A DNA stretch of 64,000 nucleotides from Oceanispirochaeta sp. (GCA_963666275.2 CAXXOA010000002.1:384001-448000); one strand, 5' to 3'; counted from the first letter of the stretch, positions 1-10,562 are shown. Program-made: numbers and translations. The notes: a model not told the origin generated them from the letters alone.

Positions 1-501
1 ACCCAGGATAAGCACCCGGGCATCGGAAGAAGCGCTCTGCTGGATCAGTTCCCGGATTTTCTGGATTCCCCGGCTCTGACCGACCATCTTTTCCTCGACG
101 GCGGGAGTCCGTTTCAGATTCCGGTTTTCCCGTCGGAGTTTCTCCAGTTCCAGTGCATTCCTTGTGAGCGTCAGAACTCTTGTGAGGTCCAGAGGTTTCT
201 CCAGGAAATCAAAGGCTCCTATTTTGATGGCTTTTACAGCAAGATCCACATTGGCATGGCCGGAGATAATGATGACCGAAACCACAGGAAAGTCTTCCTT
301 TATTTTTTTCAGAACATCCACGCCTCCCATATGGGGCAGCCAGATATCCAGAAAAACAAGGTCAAAGGATTCGGTCTTCATCATATGAAGCCCTTCAATC
401 CCGTCTTTTGCGGTGAGAACTTCATAGCCTTCATCTTCCAGAATATCCGTCAGGACCTCCCGGATAGAGGCTTCATCATCAATTATCAGTATTCGTTCCA
501 T
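1..501 (-). CDS. NtrX/NtrC-like response regulator, N-terminal part (runs off the window edge)
   Basis: Not in the ORF track. Manual translation from ATG at 501 gives MERILIIDDEASIREVLTDILEDEGY...DLVFLDIWLPHMGG, a receiver domain. Overlaps the end of the upstream kinase. Confidence 0.85.
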   Translation of the reverse strand, partial: MERILIIDDEASIREVLTDILEDEGYEVLTAKDGIEGLHMMKTESFDLVFLDIWLPHMGGVDVLKKIKEDFPVVSVIIISGHANVDLAVKAIKIGAFDFLEKPLDLTRVLTLTRNALELEKLRRENRNLKRTPAVEEKMVGQSRGIQKIRELIQQSASSDARVLILG

Positions 502-2257
502 GCAATTCCTCATAGGGAAGGTCGATAAAAAAGGTTGTTCCCTCTCCTACTGCCGACTCCACCCAGATACGTCCCCGGTGATCAAAGACAATTCTTTCCA
601 CGATAGAGAGTCCCAGACCGGTCCCCTCTTCTCTTGTTGTGTAATAGGGATTGAATATCTTTTCCTGATTCTCCGCATTAATTCCGGGGCCCGAATCGGA
701 TATCTGTATTCTACAGTAAACAGAATACCCTTTCTTCACAAGATCAGCCCGGATTATAATCAGGCCGTTCCCTTCCATGGCCAGTATGGCGTTTGTAATC
801 AGGTTGTTGAAGACCTGCCGGAACTGAGGGATATCGAATTCAAGCATCAGATCAGAAGAAACATTCTCGGTAAGAATGGAAACATCGGGATAGGATGCCT
901 CGTAGACCTCTGTAATTTCATGCAGGAACTGCCGGAAGTTGCTGGCTTCCAGGACGGGTGGACGCTGCCGGGCAAACTCTCTGAACTCAACAAGAAGATT
1001 GTTCAGGTTGTCCACCTCCATCAGGATCCGGTTCATGGATTTTTCTATCATTCCCCGGGGAACAACCTCCTGATCCAGTTTTGTCAGAACTCTCTGGGAG
1101 TAGAGCCGGATGGGTGTGAGGGGATTCCGTATTTCATGGGCCAGCCGCTGGGCGATCTCCTGCCAGGCTGAAACCTTCTCGGTCTGCAGGATTTCACGGC
1201 GGGTCACATCCAGCTCTTTCATCATGGAATTAAAGGAGTCTGACAGAAAGGCAAAATCGTCATCCTCCCGGGAAAGGAAGCGGAAGGAGTAGTCTCCCTG
1301 CGTAACCCTCCTTGTGGCTTCTTCAAGCCGCAGAAAGGGCGAGATCAGTCTCTGACTGATCACAAGAGCCAGAACGAATCCCAGAAAGAGCATGGGCCCC
1401 AGAAAAATCGCATAAAAAAGGAGAAGTCCGATTTTGAAAAGCCGGCTGTAGTGGGTATACTGGCGGAATTTCTCTATCATTTGCGTCAGGTTCCTGGCAT
1501 TCCTGTCGAACTCTCTGGGAATGATCCTGTATATGACAATCCGGAATGACTCTCCCCGGACCTGCATCTCCTTGAGAAATCCAATGATACTGAAGTTCAG
1601 TCCGGTCCTTTTGGGAATCAGGCCGGGCGAAAGAGCCAGCAGATCCTGCCGGGTATAGTTGAGTCGGGGATCCCCGAAGAGGATCACATCGCTTGCGGTT
1701 ACAATCTGTATCCCGTCCAGACGGGGATAGAGCAGCTTCAACTCCTTCCAGGCGTCTTCGGGATCTGATCCCACCCGGCTGGCTGTGAGGGTAAAATAGG
1801 GACTTTCCCCGATATCCTCCAGCTGCTGATTCAAATCGTAGTAGTACTCCAAAGCGATATCGAGACCGCTGTTCAGAGCAATTCCCACATCATCGCCGAA
1901 CCACTTGTCGAAAACCATGTCCATAAAGCGGATGGACAGAACTGTCTGGGGAAGAGAAACAAGGACGACGATCAGCAGTATCAGCATGACCAGTTTGAGT
2001 CTGAAGTGATAGCTGCTGTGACGGTTTTTTATACGAACCCTGAGGTAGTAGATGCTATAGATCACAGTGAAAAGGATAATGACGGGAATGGTCATAAACA
2101 GAGCCATGAGAGTTCTGTTTTCACTGATGCTTTCCGGATCCAGCCCTTCCAGAATGGTGGATGAGAAAAAGAGAGTCAGGATGATTATGATCAGGTACAG
2201 GAGAACGATGGTGATGACACTGTTCTGCAGCAGCTCCCGAAAACGTGTCAGGTTCAC
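479..2257 (-). CDS. NtrY-like membrane sensor histidine kinase (TM, HAMP, HisKA, HATPase)
   Basis: H-box AWQEIAQRLAHEIRNPLTPI, N-box NLITNA, G-boxes DSGPG and GTGLGL. Confidence 0.9.
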   Translation of the reverse strand: MNLTRFRELLQNSVITIVLLYLIIIILTLFFSSTILEGLDPESISENRTLMALFMTIPVIILFTVIYSIYYLRVRIKNRHSSYHFRLKLVMLILLIVVLVSLPQTVLSIRFMDMVFDKWFGDDVGIALNSGLDIALEYYYDLNQQLEDIGESPYFTLTASRVGSDPEDAWKELKLLYPRLDGIQIVTASDVILFGDPRLNYTRQDLLALSPGLIPKRTGLNFSIIGFLKEMQVRGESFRIVIYRIIPREFDRNARNLTQMIEKFRQYTHYSRLFKIGLLLFYAIFLGPMLFLGFVLALVISQRLISPFLRLEEATRRVTQGDYSFRFLSREDDDFAFLSDSFNSMMKELDVTRREILQTEKVSAWQEIAQRLAHEIRNPLTPIRLYSQRVLTKLDQEVVPRGMIEKSMNRILMEVDNLNNLLVEFREFARQRPPVLEASNFRQFLHEITEVYEASYPDVSILTENVSSDLMLEFDIPQFRQVFNNLITNAILAMEGNGLIIIRADLVKKGYSVYCRIQISDSGPGINAENQEKIFNPYYTTREEGTGLGLSIVERIVFDHRGRIWVESAVGEGTTFFIDLPYEELHGTNTDN

Positions 2258-2817
2258 TCTGAAACCTCCGGAATTTTCATCCAGCCGCTTCGGCTGATAT
2301 ACCGCCCGGGAATCAGATACAACAGATTCAGAGGAGCTACAAATTTTTTATACACAACTTCCACCCTGTAGCGGATATCAGGTACCTCTCCCTCAAGACC
2401 GGAGACTTCAAGAGGAAAGTCCACCAAATGGGTAAGAGCCTGTTCGAAAGGTTCCCAGGACCTGTAGGTTCCTCTCTCGGATCCATTCATCAGGAGAATA
2501 AAATCGTCTGTGATAATATCCCGGAAGCCTGTACTGCGCAGAAGGATCTCTTTTGTCCTTAAAACCTGGGGATTCGTATTATCAGCAACCATTCTGGCTC
2601 TGAACGTATAGAGGATTTCGACCTTGCCCCCGTCCATGACACTGGCCTTAAGCCGTCTGGCATCCAACTGGGGTACAGCAACAGAAACGGCAATGGAATT
2701 GTTGCTGCCAATAGAGAAAAAACCTGTTTCCGGGGTCTGCGCCAGCAGAACTCCGGGTATTAAAAACCAGAGAAGAAAGCCCGGCAGATGAGAAAAGGAG
2801 ACGGATCTATTCCTCAA
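2254..2817 (-). CDS. Exported hypothetical protein (DUF4390-like position upstream of ntrY)
   Basis: Signal-peptide-like segment and 4-nt overlap with the kinase. Start uncertain; TTG at 2817 chosen to avoid a long overlap with ptsH. Confidence 0.55.
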   Translation of the reverse strand: MRNRSVSFSHLPGFLLWFLIPGVLLAQTPETGFFSIGSNNSIAVSVAVPQLDARRLKASVMDGGKVEILYTFRARMVADNTNPQVLRTKEILLRSTGFRDIITDDFILLMNGSERGTYRSWEPFEQALTHLVDFPLEVSGLEGEVPDIRYRVEVVYKKFVAPLNLLYLIPGRYISRSGWMKIPEVSE

Positions 2818-3070
2818 ATCTCGATTCAAACAGCTCAATAAGAGCGTTAACCGCGTTTTCCTCATCCGAACCTTCTGCGGAAATAGCAAGTTCCGTTCCG
2901 TAGGCGGCTCCCATTGTCAGAAGCCCCATGATGGACTTGGCATTGATTTTCTCAGAGTCTTTTTCAATAAAAACAGTGGCCTCAAACTGGCTGGCTGTCT
3001 GAACTATAAGAGCTGCCGGCCTGGCATGGAGACCGGCTCTATTCATAACTTTTGTATCTTTTCGGATCAT
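2807..3070 (-). CDS. ptsH: Phosphocarrier protein HPr
   Basis: GLHARPA (His15) and NAKSIMGLL (Ser46) motifs, 87 aa. Confidence 0.95.
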   Translation of the reverse strand: MIRKDTKVMNRAGLHARPAALIVQTASQFEATVFIEKDSEKINAKSIMGLLTMGAAYGTELAISAEGSDEENAVNALIELFESRFEE

Positions 3071-3073
3071 AAT

Positions 3074-4063
3074 TTATTCCTGTTTATTCAAGTAGTTATC
3101 CTGATACATATTTCTGGCGTTCTCACTTTCCAACCATTGTATCAGATTTTTGTTAAATTCTTTAGCAGAATAATGACCTTTCTTTTTTAATCTCTCATTA
3201 AGGGCAGCCGACTCAATAATAATCGGAATATTTCTTCCCGGTTTGACAGGTATATTAAAAATAGGAATCTTCACTCCCAGAATTTCCGTTGTTTTTATAT
3301 CTGTACCCAAACGGTCGTAATTTTTGTTCACATCCCACTCTTCCAGGTTGATCACAAGCTGAACCTGCTTTTTATCACGGATTCCACGGACTCCGAATAT
3401 CTGGGAAATGTTGATAATACCCAGGCCCCGGATCTCCATATGATGACCCAGAATTCTGCTGTCACTGAAACCCATAATTATTTTACCACTGAAACACTTC
3501 ATAAGTACAGAATCATCCGCAATTAAACGGTGTCCCCGTTCTATAAGCTCCAGGGCGGTTTCGCTTTTTCCAACCCCGCTCTCGCCTTTAATCAGAACTC
3601 CCACACCATACACTTCCACCAGAACCCCGTGTTCCGTTTTCTGGGGAGCAAAAATATCTCCCAGAGTTCTGATGATCCTGATGGAGAATTCCGAAGACTG
3701 GAGATTTGTCTGAAGGATGGGTACCCTGGCTTTTTCCGCTTTTTCCAGAAACCATTCGGAAGGCTCCAGATCCCTGCAGAAAACACAGAAAGGTATATCA
3801 TAGGTAAAAAGCCGATCTACCGAAGAGTAATCCTTCTTCCTTTCCAGCTCTTTCAGATACTCATATTCAGCTCCGCCGAAAACCTGTATCCGGTTGGGTG
3901 TAAAGGTCTTGAAAAAACCTGTCAGCGCCAGCCCCGGGCGGTTAAGCTCTATGTTGTCTATATTATGTATCAGCCCTTTTCTGCCTGCCAGACATTTTAT
4001 CTGCAGAGAGTTGTAATCCTGCAGATCCAGGTCGAGCAGATCCAGAACTGTAAACTTGGCCAT
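3074..4063 (-). CDS. hprK: HPr(Ser) kinase/phosphorylase
   Basis: NRPGLAL, GESGVGKSETALEL, LIADD, HMEIRGLGII, PVKPGRN motifs; start moved to MAKF. Confidence 0.95.
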   Translation of the reverse strand: MAKFTVLDLLDLDLQDYNSLQIKCLAGRKGLIHNIDNIELNRPGLALTGFFKTFTPNRIQVFGGAEYEYLKELERKKDYSSVDRLFTYDIPFCVFCRDLEPSEWFLEKAEKARVPILQTNLQSSEFSIRIIRTLGDIFAPQKTEHGVLVEVYGVGVLIKGESGVGKSETALELIERGHRLIADDSVLMKCFSGKIIMGFSDSRILGHHMEIRGLGIINISQIFGVRGIRDKKQVQLVINLEEWDVNKNYDRLGTDIKTTEILGVKIPIFNIPVKPGRNIPIIIESAALNERLKKKGHYSAKEFNKNLIQWLESENARNMYQDNYLNKQE

Positions 4064-4158
4064 TTGTATCCCCTGATGTACCGGTTCATTCACCGGCCTA
4101 ATGATTGTACAAAAAAAAACCGGATTCCGCCACCTTTTTGTTCGCTATTCCGGGGCAT

Positions 4159-4188
4159 AAAAAAAGGCTGCTCCCGGGAGCAGCCTTT
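4159..4188 (-). terminator. Intrinsic terminator after hpf
   Basis: aaaggctgctc-ccgg-gagcagccttt hairpin with a U-tract on the minus strand. Confidence 0.8.
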
Positions 4189-4207
4189 CCTATCTGTCAG
4201 AGATCAC

Positions 4208-4504
4208 TCAGTGAGCCTGGATTTTCTCCTTCTCTCTGGTACATTTTATCTCAATCTTATCAAAGCACAGGTCAATGGCTTTATACAGATCCCGGTCTTC
4301 CACTTTCACGTGAGCATTCTGACCCCATCGGAAATGAACATCCGAAGAGACAATATAATAACCCTTTTTTTCACGGGACAATGTCAAATGCAGGTCTACT
4401 ATCATTTCTTCTACATGTTTCAGTCGGCGGAGCTTTTTTTCAGTTAAATACTCCCTGGTCTTGTCGGTCACATCGTAATGAACACCTTTAATTTCTACTG
4501 TCAT
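4208..4504 (-). CDS. hpf: Ribosome hibernation promoting factor / sigma-54 modulation protein
   Basis: 98 aa, DLYKAID motif, directly downstream of rpoN. Confidence 0.9.
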   Translation of the reverse strand: MTVEIKGVHYDVTDKTREYLTEKKLRRLKHVEEMIVDLHLTLSREKKGYYIVSSDVHFRWGQNAHVKVEDRDLYKAIDLCFDKIEIKCTREKEKIQAH

Positions 4505-4522
4505 AGAAGCCTCCTATATAAA

Positions 4523-5893
4523 TTACCGCCTGAAAGAAGAATGGATATCCAGTTCTTTTCTGTATTTTGCCACTGTCCTCCTGGCGATATTTATCCCGCG
4601 CTTACTCAGAAGATCTGAAATCTTCTGATCTGATAATTTTTTCTCACCTGTATTCTCGGCAAGAATTTCTCTTATGATCTCCTTCACACCCTCTTTGGAA
4701 AACTTGGACCCTGTAGATCCTGCTCCCGAAATGGAGTTTGTGAAAAAATACTTCAACTCATAGATTCCCCATTCTGTCTGTACATACTTATTTGTGGTAA
4801 TTCTGGAGACAGTGGCTTCATGAACGCCAATCTCTGCGGCAACATCTTTCAGAGTCAGAGGGTTAAGGTATTTCGGCCCCTTTCTGAAAAACTCCCGTTG
4901 AAACTCCAGAATTGCGGTGGCAGTTTTCAGAAGAGTCTGATTACGCTGATTCACACTGTTGATAAACCAGCGGGCATCACGAACTTTTCCATTAACAAAC
5001 TGTTTTACCTGCTTATCTTCAGCGGTAACGCCTCCATCATGTATATCCTCGAAAAAGGAATTTATCCTCATAACAGGGATCTCTTCATCATTGAGAACAA
5101 TGACAAATTCCCCCTCTTTCTTTTTTACAACGATGTCCGGTATCACATAGTTGTAAGACGCATCAGAATAATCACTTCCCGGATAGGGGTTGAGGGTCTG
5201 AAGGAAATGAATCATTTCATCCCACTCCTCCCGGGTGATTTTCATCTGCTTTATAATTTCATTATATTTCCCTTTCTCCAGCAATTCAAAAAAATCTTTG
5301 AGTAATCGGTCAATGCCCTCAGGCATATCCTCCCGGAGATGGGCCTGAACCAGCAGAGAATCCAGATGATCTCTGGCACAGACTCCCTGGGGATCAAACT
5401 CCTGGACGATGTGAATCATATGTTCCAGAAGATCATATTCTTTCTCTTCTACAAGGGAGTGGGGATCTTCCAGATGAAAACCGTTGGAATCCAGATTTCT
5501 GATCAGAAGTTCTCCGATTTCAATCTCCCTCTCGGAGAGGACTGTGACATGGAGCTGCCAGAGAAGGTGATCCTGCAGAGATTCCTTACGGGAAACAGCC
5601 CCTTCCAGAAATTTCCGCTTCGTATCTTCCCCCGTATCGGGTGCCCGGGTATAACCGGGATCGGAGGAATTTTCAAAAGGATCATAATCATCACTTTTAC
5701 GGACGGGAATATCATCCAATGAGAGAGTTTTACTGTTTTCTACCAGTTCAAGAGCAGGGTTTTTTTCAATTTCCTCAGCAATTTTCTGCTGAAGGTCCTG
5801 TATGGGTAAAGCCATCAACTGTATTGACTGATACAGTTGGGGGCTCATTTTCAGTCTTTGTTCCTGCGTCAGAACAGGTCTTTGAATCTGCAA
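4523..5893 (-). CDS. rpoN: RNA polymerase sigma-54 factor
   Basis: Gln/Leu-rich region I, HEATVSR HTH, RpoN box ARRTVAKYR. Confidence 0.97.
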   Translation of the reverse strand: MQIQRPVLTQEQRLKMSPQLYQSIQLMALPIQDLQQKIAEEIEKNPALELVENSKTLSLDDIPVRKSDDYDPFENSSDPGYTRAPDTGEDTKRKFLEGAVSRKESLQDHLLWQLHVTVLSEREIEIGELLIRNLDSNGFHLEDPHSLVEEKEYDLLEHMIHIVQEFDPQGVCARDHLDSLLVQAHLREDMPEGIDRLLKDFFELLEKGKYNEIIKQMKITREEWDEMIHFLQTLNPYPGSDYSDASYNYVIPDIVVKKKEGEFVIVLNDEEIPVMRINSFFEDIHDGGVTAEDKQVKQFVNGKVRDARWFINSVNQRNQTLLKTATAILEFQREFFRKGPKYLNPLTLKDVAAEIGVHEATVSRITTNKYVQTEWGIYELKYFFTNSISGAGSTGSKFSKEGVKEIIREILAENTGEKKLSDQKISDLLSKRGINIARRTVAKYRKELDIHSSFRR

Positions 5894-5959
5894 AGGATCC
5901 TCCTGACAATTAAAATTGTATCATTATTCCGTATTAAAGCAATAGCATCCGATTATATA

Positions 5960-6718
5960 CTACATTGAGAAATCGTGTCCCAGATAAATAGTCCGGGCCA
6001 ATTCGCTTTTCAAAAGTTCCTCTTTTGAGCCGCTGACAATGATCTCACCAAGGTTCGTAATATAGGACCGGTGGGTTATCTCAAAAGTGTCCCGTACATT
6101 GTGATCGGTAATGAGGATTCCAATCCCCCGTCCCGACAGCTGTTCCACAATTTTCTTTATTTCATAAACCGCAATGGGATCAATCCCGGCAAAAGGTTCA
6201 TCCAGCAGCAGAAAACGGGGATCCGTCGCCAGAGAACGGGCGATTTCAGTCCTCCGCCGTTCGCCTCCCGACAGGGTAAAGGCCTTCTGGTCCCGGACTT
6301 TCTGTATGCCCAGATCTTCAATAAGCTCCTCCATCTTTTCGAGCTTTTCGGCTTTACTGAGATTTCTCCTTGTCTCCAGGATTGCCCAGATATTCTCTTC
6401 CACAGTCAGTTTTCTGAAGACTGAGGGTTCCTGGGGCAGGTAGGAGATCCCCAGCCTGGATCTCAGGTACATGGGTTCATGGGTGATCTCTTTATCATCC
6501 AGAAGAATTTTACCTGCGGTGGCCTTGATAAATCCCGCAATCATATAGAAACAGGTTGTTTTCCCTGCTCCGTTCGGCCCCAAGAGACCCACAATCTCTC
6601 CCTGGTGCATGGAAAAGCTCATGGTCTTTACGGCAGTTTTTTTTCCGTAGACCTTCCGGACATCCTCCACCCTGAGAGTGCAGGCGGGTTTCATGGAAAT
6701 GTTATCATTCTCCTTCAT
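5960..6718 (-). CDS. lptB: LPS/glycolipid export ABC ATPase
   Basis: GPNGAGKTT, YLPQEPSVFRKLTV, LSGGERRR, DEPFAGIDP, ITDHNVR; GGAGG RBS before ATG 6718. Confidence 0.93.
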   Translation of the reverse strand: MKENDNISMKPACTLRVEDVRKVYGKKTAVKTMSFSMHQGEIVGLLGPNGAGKTTCFYMIAGFIKATAGKILLDDKEITHEPMYLRSRLGISYLPQEPSVFRKLTVEENIWAILETRRNLSKAEKLEKMEELIEDLGIQKVRDQKAFTLSGGERRRTEIARSLATDPRFLLLDEPFAGIDPIAVYEIKKIVEQLSGRGIGILITDHNVRDTFEITHRSYITNLGEIIVSGSKEELLKSELARTIYLGHDFSM

Positions 6719-7376
6719 CCTGATCCTCCCCGGGGTCCTCGCTCTGAGAATCCTCTTCTGTATCTTTCTTTTCCTCAGAAAGTAGGGATCCCTGAACATC
6801 CCCTTCCATCTTGATTTCATCCGTATCCAGGTTCACTGTGATTCTTGACGCCCTGAAGACATCCTCATTCCTGAAAACAACGGGAAGTCCTGTCAGCTCC
6901 AGCAGATTCTGATCCCTGTAATACACGGCGAACTCACTCCGGCAGGCCAGATCCTCCTTCAGAATTCTAACACCGATCTGAAGGAAAATAATATTCTCCT
7001 CCTCCCGGTTCTCCATATAGCCGCTTTTGATGATAAGCTCGTTCTTTCTGTCCTCCATTATGGAGGGACCGTTGATCCGGATGATTTTTTTATCGTTATC
7101 ATAGAGAAAGACCTGTGAAGTCAGGGTAAAGTCATTTTCAAGATCTTTAACCTCCACGTCCCCTTGGCACTGAAAAATCGAAAAATTCTTCCCCAGAAGT
7201 TCCGCCTTCTCAGACCGGATGATCTTTGTTTCCGAAGAGATCTCCACTTTCCCCTCCAGTACAGTGACCTCACGTCCTTCCGCCATGACAGACTTGAGAT
7301 AGTCGCTGGAGAAATTGTAGTTCTCCGGGAAGAGAGACAGGGGAAGCAGAAAAAGGAGAAGGAGAAACCTATTCAT
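6705..7376 (-). CDS. lptA: LptA/OstA-family periplasmic protein
   Basis: Signal peptide, beta-strand-rich sequence, position between lptC-like gene and lptB. Confidence 0.7.
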   Translation of the reverse strand: MNRFLLLLFLLPLSLFPENYNFSSDYLKSVMAEGREVTVLEGKVEISSETKIIRSEKAELLGKNFSIFQCQGDVEVKDLENDFTLTSQVFLYDNDKKIIRINGPSIMEDRKNELIIKSGYMENREEENIIFLQIGVRILKEDLACRSEFAVYYRDQNLLELTGLPVVFRNEDVFRASRITVNLDTDEIKMEGDVQGSLLSEEKKDTEEDSQSEDPGEDQDEGE

Positions 7377-7923
7377 CAGCATCTCCCGGTGAAGTTTCAA
7401 TACTGCCGTTCACATCAGAGGAAAAACCGATTGTATTTGAGTAGAAATCGGCATTGAAACCCCGGCCTTTCAGAACAGATCCGTCATCCATGGAAATCTC
7501 CACCCGTTTTTCGTCTGTACTTTTCAAGATTCTCGTTTCGTCCTCCCACTGGAGAGATTCCGCAGTCATAGAAGCTTCATTCTGAGAGGAGTATCCTGAA
7601 ATATTCCCCTGAATCGTGGCATCATTGTTCTTATTGATAAGAAGATAGTCGGCTGTTCCTTCCGTAAGGATTCCGCGGCTGCTGTCGTATTCCAGGAATT
7701 TGACATCAAACAGTTCCGTGTCCTCCCGTTCCTCCCAGATCTTTGCCTCTTCCGCTGAAAAAGAAGCCCGGGGAACGCCGTTTTTCACCTGCACCCGGGA
7801 AACATCATAAAGGATTGATGATGGAATGGTATCGGAGAGCTCCTCTTTTACAGAAGTATCATAATCCAGAGAACAGGAGAAAAGAAAAATCGTTACTGTT
7901 AAGGAAAATATTAGAATCTTCAT
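7369..7923 (-). CDS. lptC: LptC-like lipoprotein
   Basis: Lipobox-like FLFSC, beta-jellyroll-like sequence ending LKGRGFNAD, gene order. Confidence 0.7.
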   Translation of the reverse strand: MKILIFSLTVTIFLFSCSLDYDTSVKEELSDTIPSSILYDVSRVQVKNGVPRASFSAEEAKIWEEREDTELFDVKFLEYDSSRGILTEGTADYLLINKNNDATIQGNISGYSSQNEASMTAESLQWEDETRILKSTDEKRVEISMDDGSVLKGRGFNADFYSNTIGFSSDVNGSIETSPGDADE

Positions 7924-8065
7924 TCTGCGAAAAATTATCTTTTTATCATCCTTCCCTGTCAATCGACATTTTACCAATTATTCTCGCAGTTGAACACTTT
8001 TATATACTATAATGAAAATTCAGATCCGATAATAGATTGAGCGACTGCAGAATTATCCGTTTTTA

Positions 8066-8095
8066 TTGACAGCCATATTCTGTTGGAATTAGACT
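8066..8095 (+). promoter_or_regulatory. Sigma-70-like promoter for cheR-cheB
   Basis: TTGACA-N18-TAGACT upstream of cheR. Confidence 0.5.
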
Positions 8096-8127
8096 CTGTA
8101 TAGTTAAAAAGGAAAGGAAAACCCCGA

Positions 8128-8946
8128 ATGTCTGAATTTTTAAATGATCAAGATTTTCAGAAAATCAGAGATCTCATTTATAACGAAAGCGGTATACATT
8201 TTTCAGACTCGAATAGAACAATTCTTGAGAGCCGGTTGAAAGAGAGACTCAAACTGCTGAATCTTTCCAGTATTATGGATTACCATAGAAAACTCACAAG
8301 CGACGGGGGAGAACTGAAAGACTTTCTTGATTCGGTTACGACCAACCTCACCCGCTTTTTCAGAAACAACGCCCATTATGATACATTCATAAATTATGTC
8401 ATTCCCGATCTGGTCGCCCTGAAAAGAAAACAGGGAAAGAAGAAGATAACTTTATGGAGTGCGGGATGTTCAACAGGAGAGGAACCCTATACAAATGCCA
8501 TGGTTCTGAAGGAACATCTCCCTCCTGATTTTGAAATTGAAATTACAGCATCAGACTTGAGTCTGAAGTCTCTTATGAAAGCCAAAGAGGGATTTTATCC
8601 CAAGAACAGAGTGACTGGTGTTGAAGATAAATATCTGAACAAGTATTTTGCCCCTCAGGATAACGGTTATAAAATAAAACCGGAAATCGGAGGCCTTATA
8701 CGGTTTGATTATCATAATCTGAAATTTGGCAGCCCTTTAAAAAATCTGGATATTGTTTTCTGTAGAAATGTCCTCATCTACTTTGATGAAGCGGCACAGA
8801 AGAATGTTATTGACAATTTTTACGATGCAATGTCAAATCATTCCTACCTGTTCATAGGACATTCCGAATCCCTATTCGGAATGGACACCCAGTTTAAATT
8901 CATCAAAACAGACTGGGCCTGTATCTACGGTAAAATATTAGACTAA
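8128..8946 (+). CDS. cheR: Chemotaxis methyltransferase
   Basis: TTNLTRFFR, WSAGCSTGEEPYT, FCRNVLIYFD, GHSESL. Confidence 0.96.
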   Translation: MSEFLNDQDFQKIRDLIYNESGIHFSDSNRTILESRLKERLKLLNLSSIMDYHRKLTSDGGELKDFLDSVTTNLTRFFRNNAHYDTFINYVIPDLVALKRKQGKKKITLWSAGCSTGEEPYTNAMVLKEHLPPDFEIEITASDLSLKSLMKAKEGFYPKNRVTGVEDKYLNKYFAPQDNGYKIKPEIGGLIRFDYHNLKFGSPLKNLDIVFCRNVLIYFDEAAQKNVIDNFYDAMSNHSYLFIGHSESLFGMDTQFKFIKTDWACIYGKILD

Positions 8947-8961
8947 TAGAAAGAGGCTTTT

Positions 8962-10092
8962 GTGTCAGTCAATAAAATATCTGTTATGGTCATAGACGAT
9001 TCCGCCCTGATGAGGAATCTCATATCCAAACTCATAGAAAAAGATAATAATCTGGAAGTTGTCGGAACGGCTATGAACGGCCGGTTCGGACTAACTAAAA
9101 TGCCCCGGCTGAATCCGGATGTCATAGTTCTTGATCTTGAAATGCCCGAAATGAACGGCATTGAATTTCTGAAAGAACTCCAGAAAAAGAATATCAAAAT
9201 CCCTGTGGTCATCCTTTCGTCAATTGCGACAAAAGGAGCCAAAGTAACAATGGAAGCCCTCGCATTGGGAGCTTCGGATTTCATTACCAAACCCAGAGGG
9301 GGAGACTCCGACGAACTGGATCAGATTGGAAAGCACCTCAGGGACCTTTTGACCGTTTATGGCAACAATCACAGAAAGAACAAGGGAAGCACACCGGTTA
9401 TGCCTGTGGAAACACCTCTTGAGAAATCCTACTCAACAACAGCTCTCTCGTCTGATAAAAATGGTATATCCGCCCCTTCCAGCGACTGGGAGGCTATAAC
9501 ACCCAGAAGGCGTCCGGGAAAAACTGAAATCATTGCCATCGGGATTTCCACGGGAGGTCCCAATGCCCTGAGGCAGGTGTTCTCCCAGATTGATCCGGAG
9601 TTGAAGATTCCGATCCTGGTTGTTCAGCATATGCCGGCGGGGTTTACCAAGGAATTTGCCGCCAGCCTCGACAGAATCTGTCCTCTGGAAGTCAAGGAAG
9701 CCCAGGAAGGGGATATTATAAAACCCGGAAGGATCCTTATCGCTCCGGGAGATGCCCATATAGAAGTGGAGAAAAAATCCCTCGCCGCGATTATCCGGCT
9801 GGATAATACGGAACTTGTTAACGGTCATAAACCTTCGGCGGGTGTTCTGTTCAAATCCATAGCCAAAAATTACGGCAGCAATGCCATGGCTGTTATTATG
9901 ACAGGAATGGGAAAAGACGGAGCCAGAGAGATAGGAGAAGTCCTCAGGGAAGGGGGAATTACCATTGCCCAGGACCAGCATTCCTGCATTGTCTACGGAA
10001 TGCCCCGGGTTGCGATCGAACACAACTATATCTCACATATAGTTCCGCTTCCCGAGATGGCTTCAAAAATTTCTGAATTGATTGTCGAGTAG
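8962..10092 (+). CDS. cheB: Chemotaxis response regulator methylesterase
   Basis: Receiver domain plus GISTGGP, VQHMP, MTGMGKDGA, YGMP. Confidence 0.96.
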   Translation: MSVNKISVMVIDDSALMRNLISKLIEKDNNLEVVGTAMNGRFGLTKMPRLNPDVIVLDLEMPEMNGIEFLKELQKKNIKIPVVILSSIATKGAKVTMEALALGASDFITKPRGGDSDELDQIGKHLRDLLTVYGNNHRKNKGSTPVMPVETPLEKSYSTTALSSDKNGISAPSSDWEAITPRRRPGKTEIIAIGISTGGPNALRQVFSQIDPELKIPILVVQHMPAGFTKEFAASLDRICPLEVKEAQEGDIIKPGRILIAPGDAHIEVEKKSLAAIIRLDNTELVNGHKPSAGVLFKSIAKNYGSNAMAVIMTGMGKDGAREIGEVLREGGITIAQDQHSCIVYGMPRVAIEHNYISHIVPLPEMASKISELIVE

Positions 10093-10094
10093 GC

Positions 10095-10562
10095 TCAGCC
10101 GCAGCCTTTACAGCTTGTACAGGCACTGTTGCAGCTTTTCCACTTCTGAATATCCGCCTGAGAGAGAATCTTCTCAATGTGAGGCATCTCTCCGGGGCCT
10201 TTATATTTTCTGATAAGAGCGATAATACCGAAACCGCCGGCAAGACCGGCCATGCCCAGCAGATAGAGGAGTGCTTCTTTCTGCAGGATCAGTTCTCCCA
10301 GTTTATAGGCTGCAAAAAAGCAGACAAGAGGAAATATAAACATCAGGAAAGCCGCTCTGACAGCTCCCGACGGGTCGACCATAATCTCAACCATATCTCC
10401 TTCATGGAGGTCCAGACTCTTACTGTTGCTGGCGGGGAAATTCTTTTCTTTGACTCCCCAGAAAGAGCGGGATGTATTGGACTTTTCAGATTTAGGATTG
10501 GGCAGGTGCACCTGTACAATTCTATGATCCTGTATACTTTCAACTATTACTGGCTGTTTCAT
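10095..10562 (-). CDS. RseC/MucC-family membrane protein
   Basis: GDMVEI...AAFLMFIFPL core with two TM helices; Cys cluster at the C-terminus. Confidence 0.7.
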   Translation of the reverse strand: MKQPVIVESIQDHRIVQVHLPNPKSEKSNTSRSFWGVKEKNFPASNSKSLDLHEGDMVEIMVDPSGAVRAAFLMFIFPLVCFFAAYKLGELILQKEALLYLLGMAGLAGGFGIIALIRKYKGPGEMPHIEKILSQADIQKWKSCNSACTSCKGCG

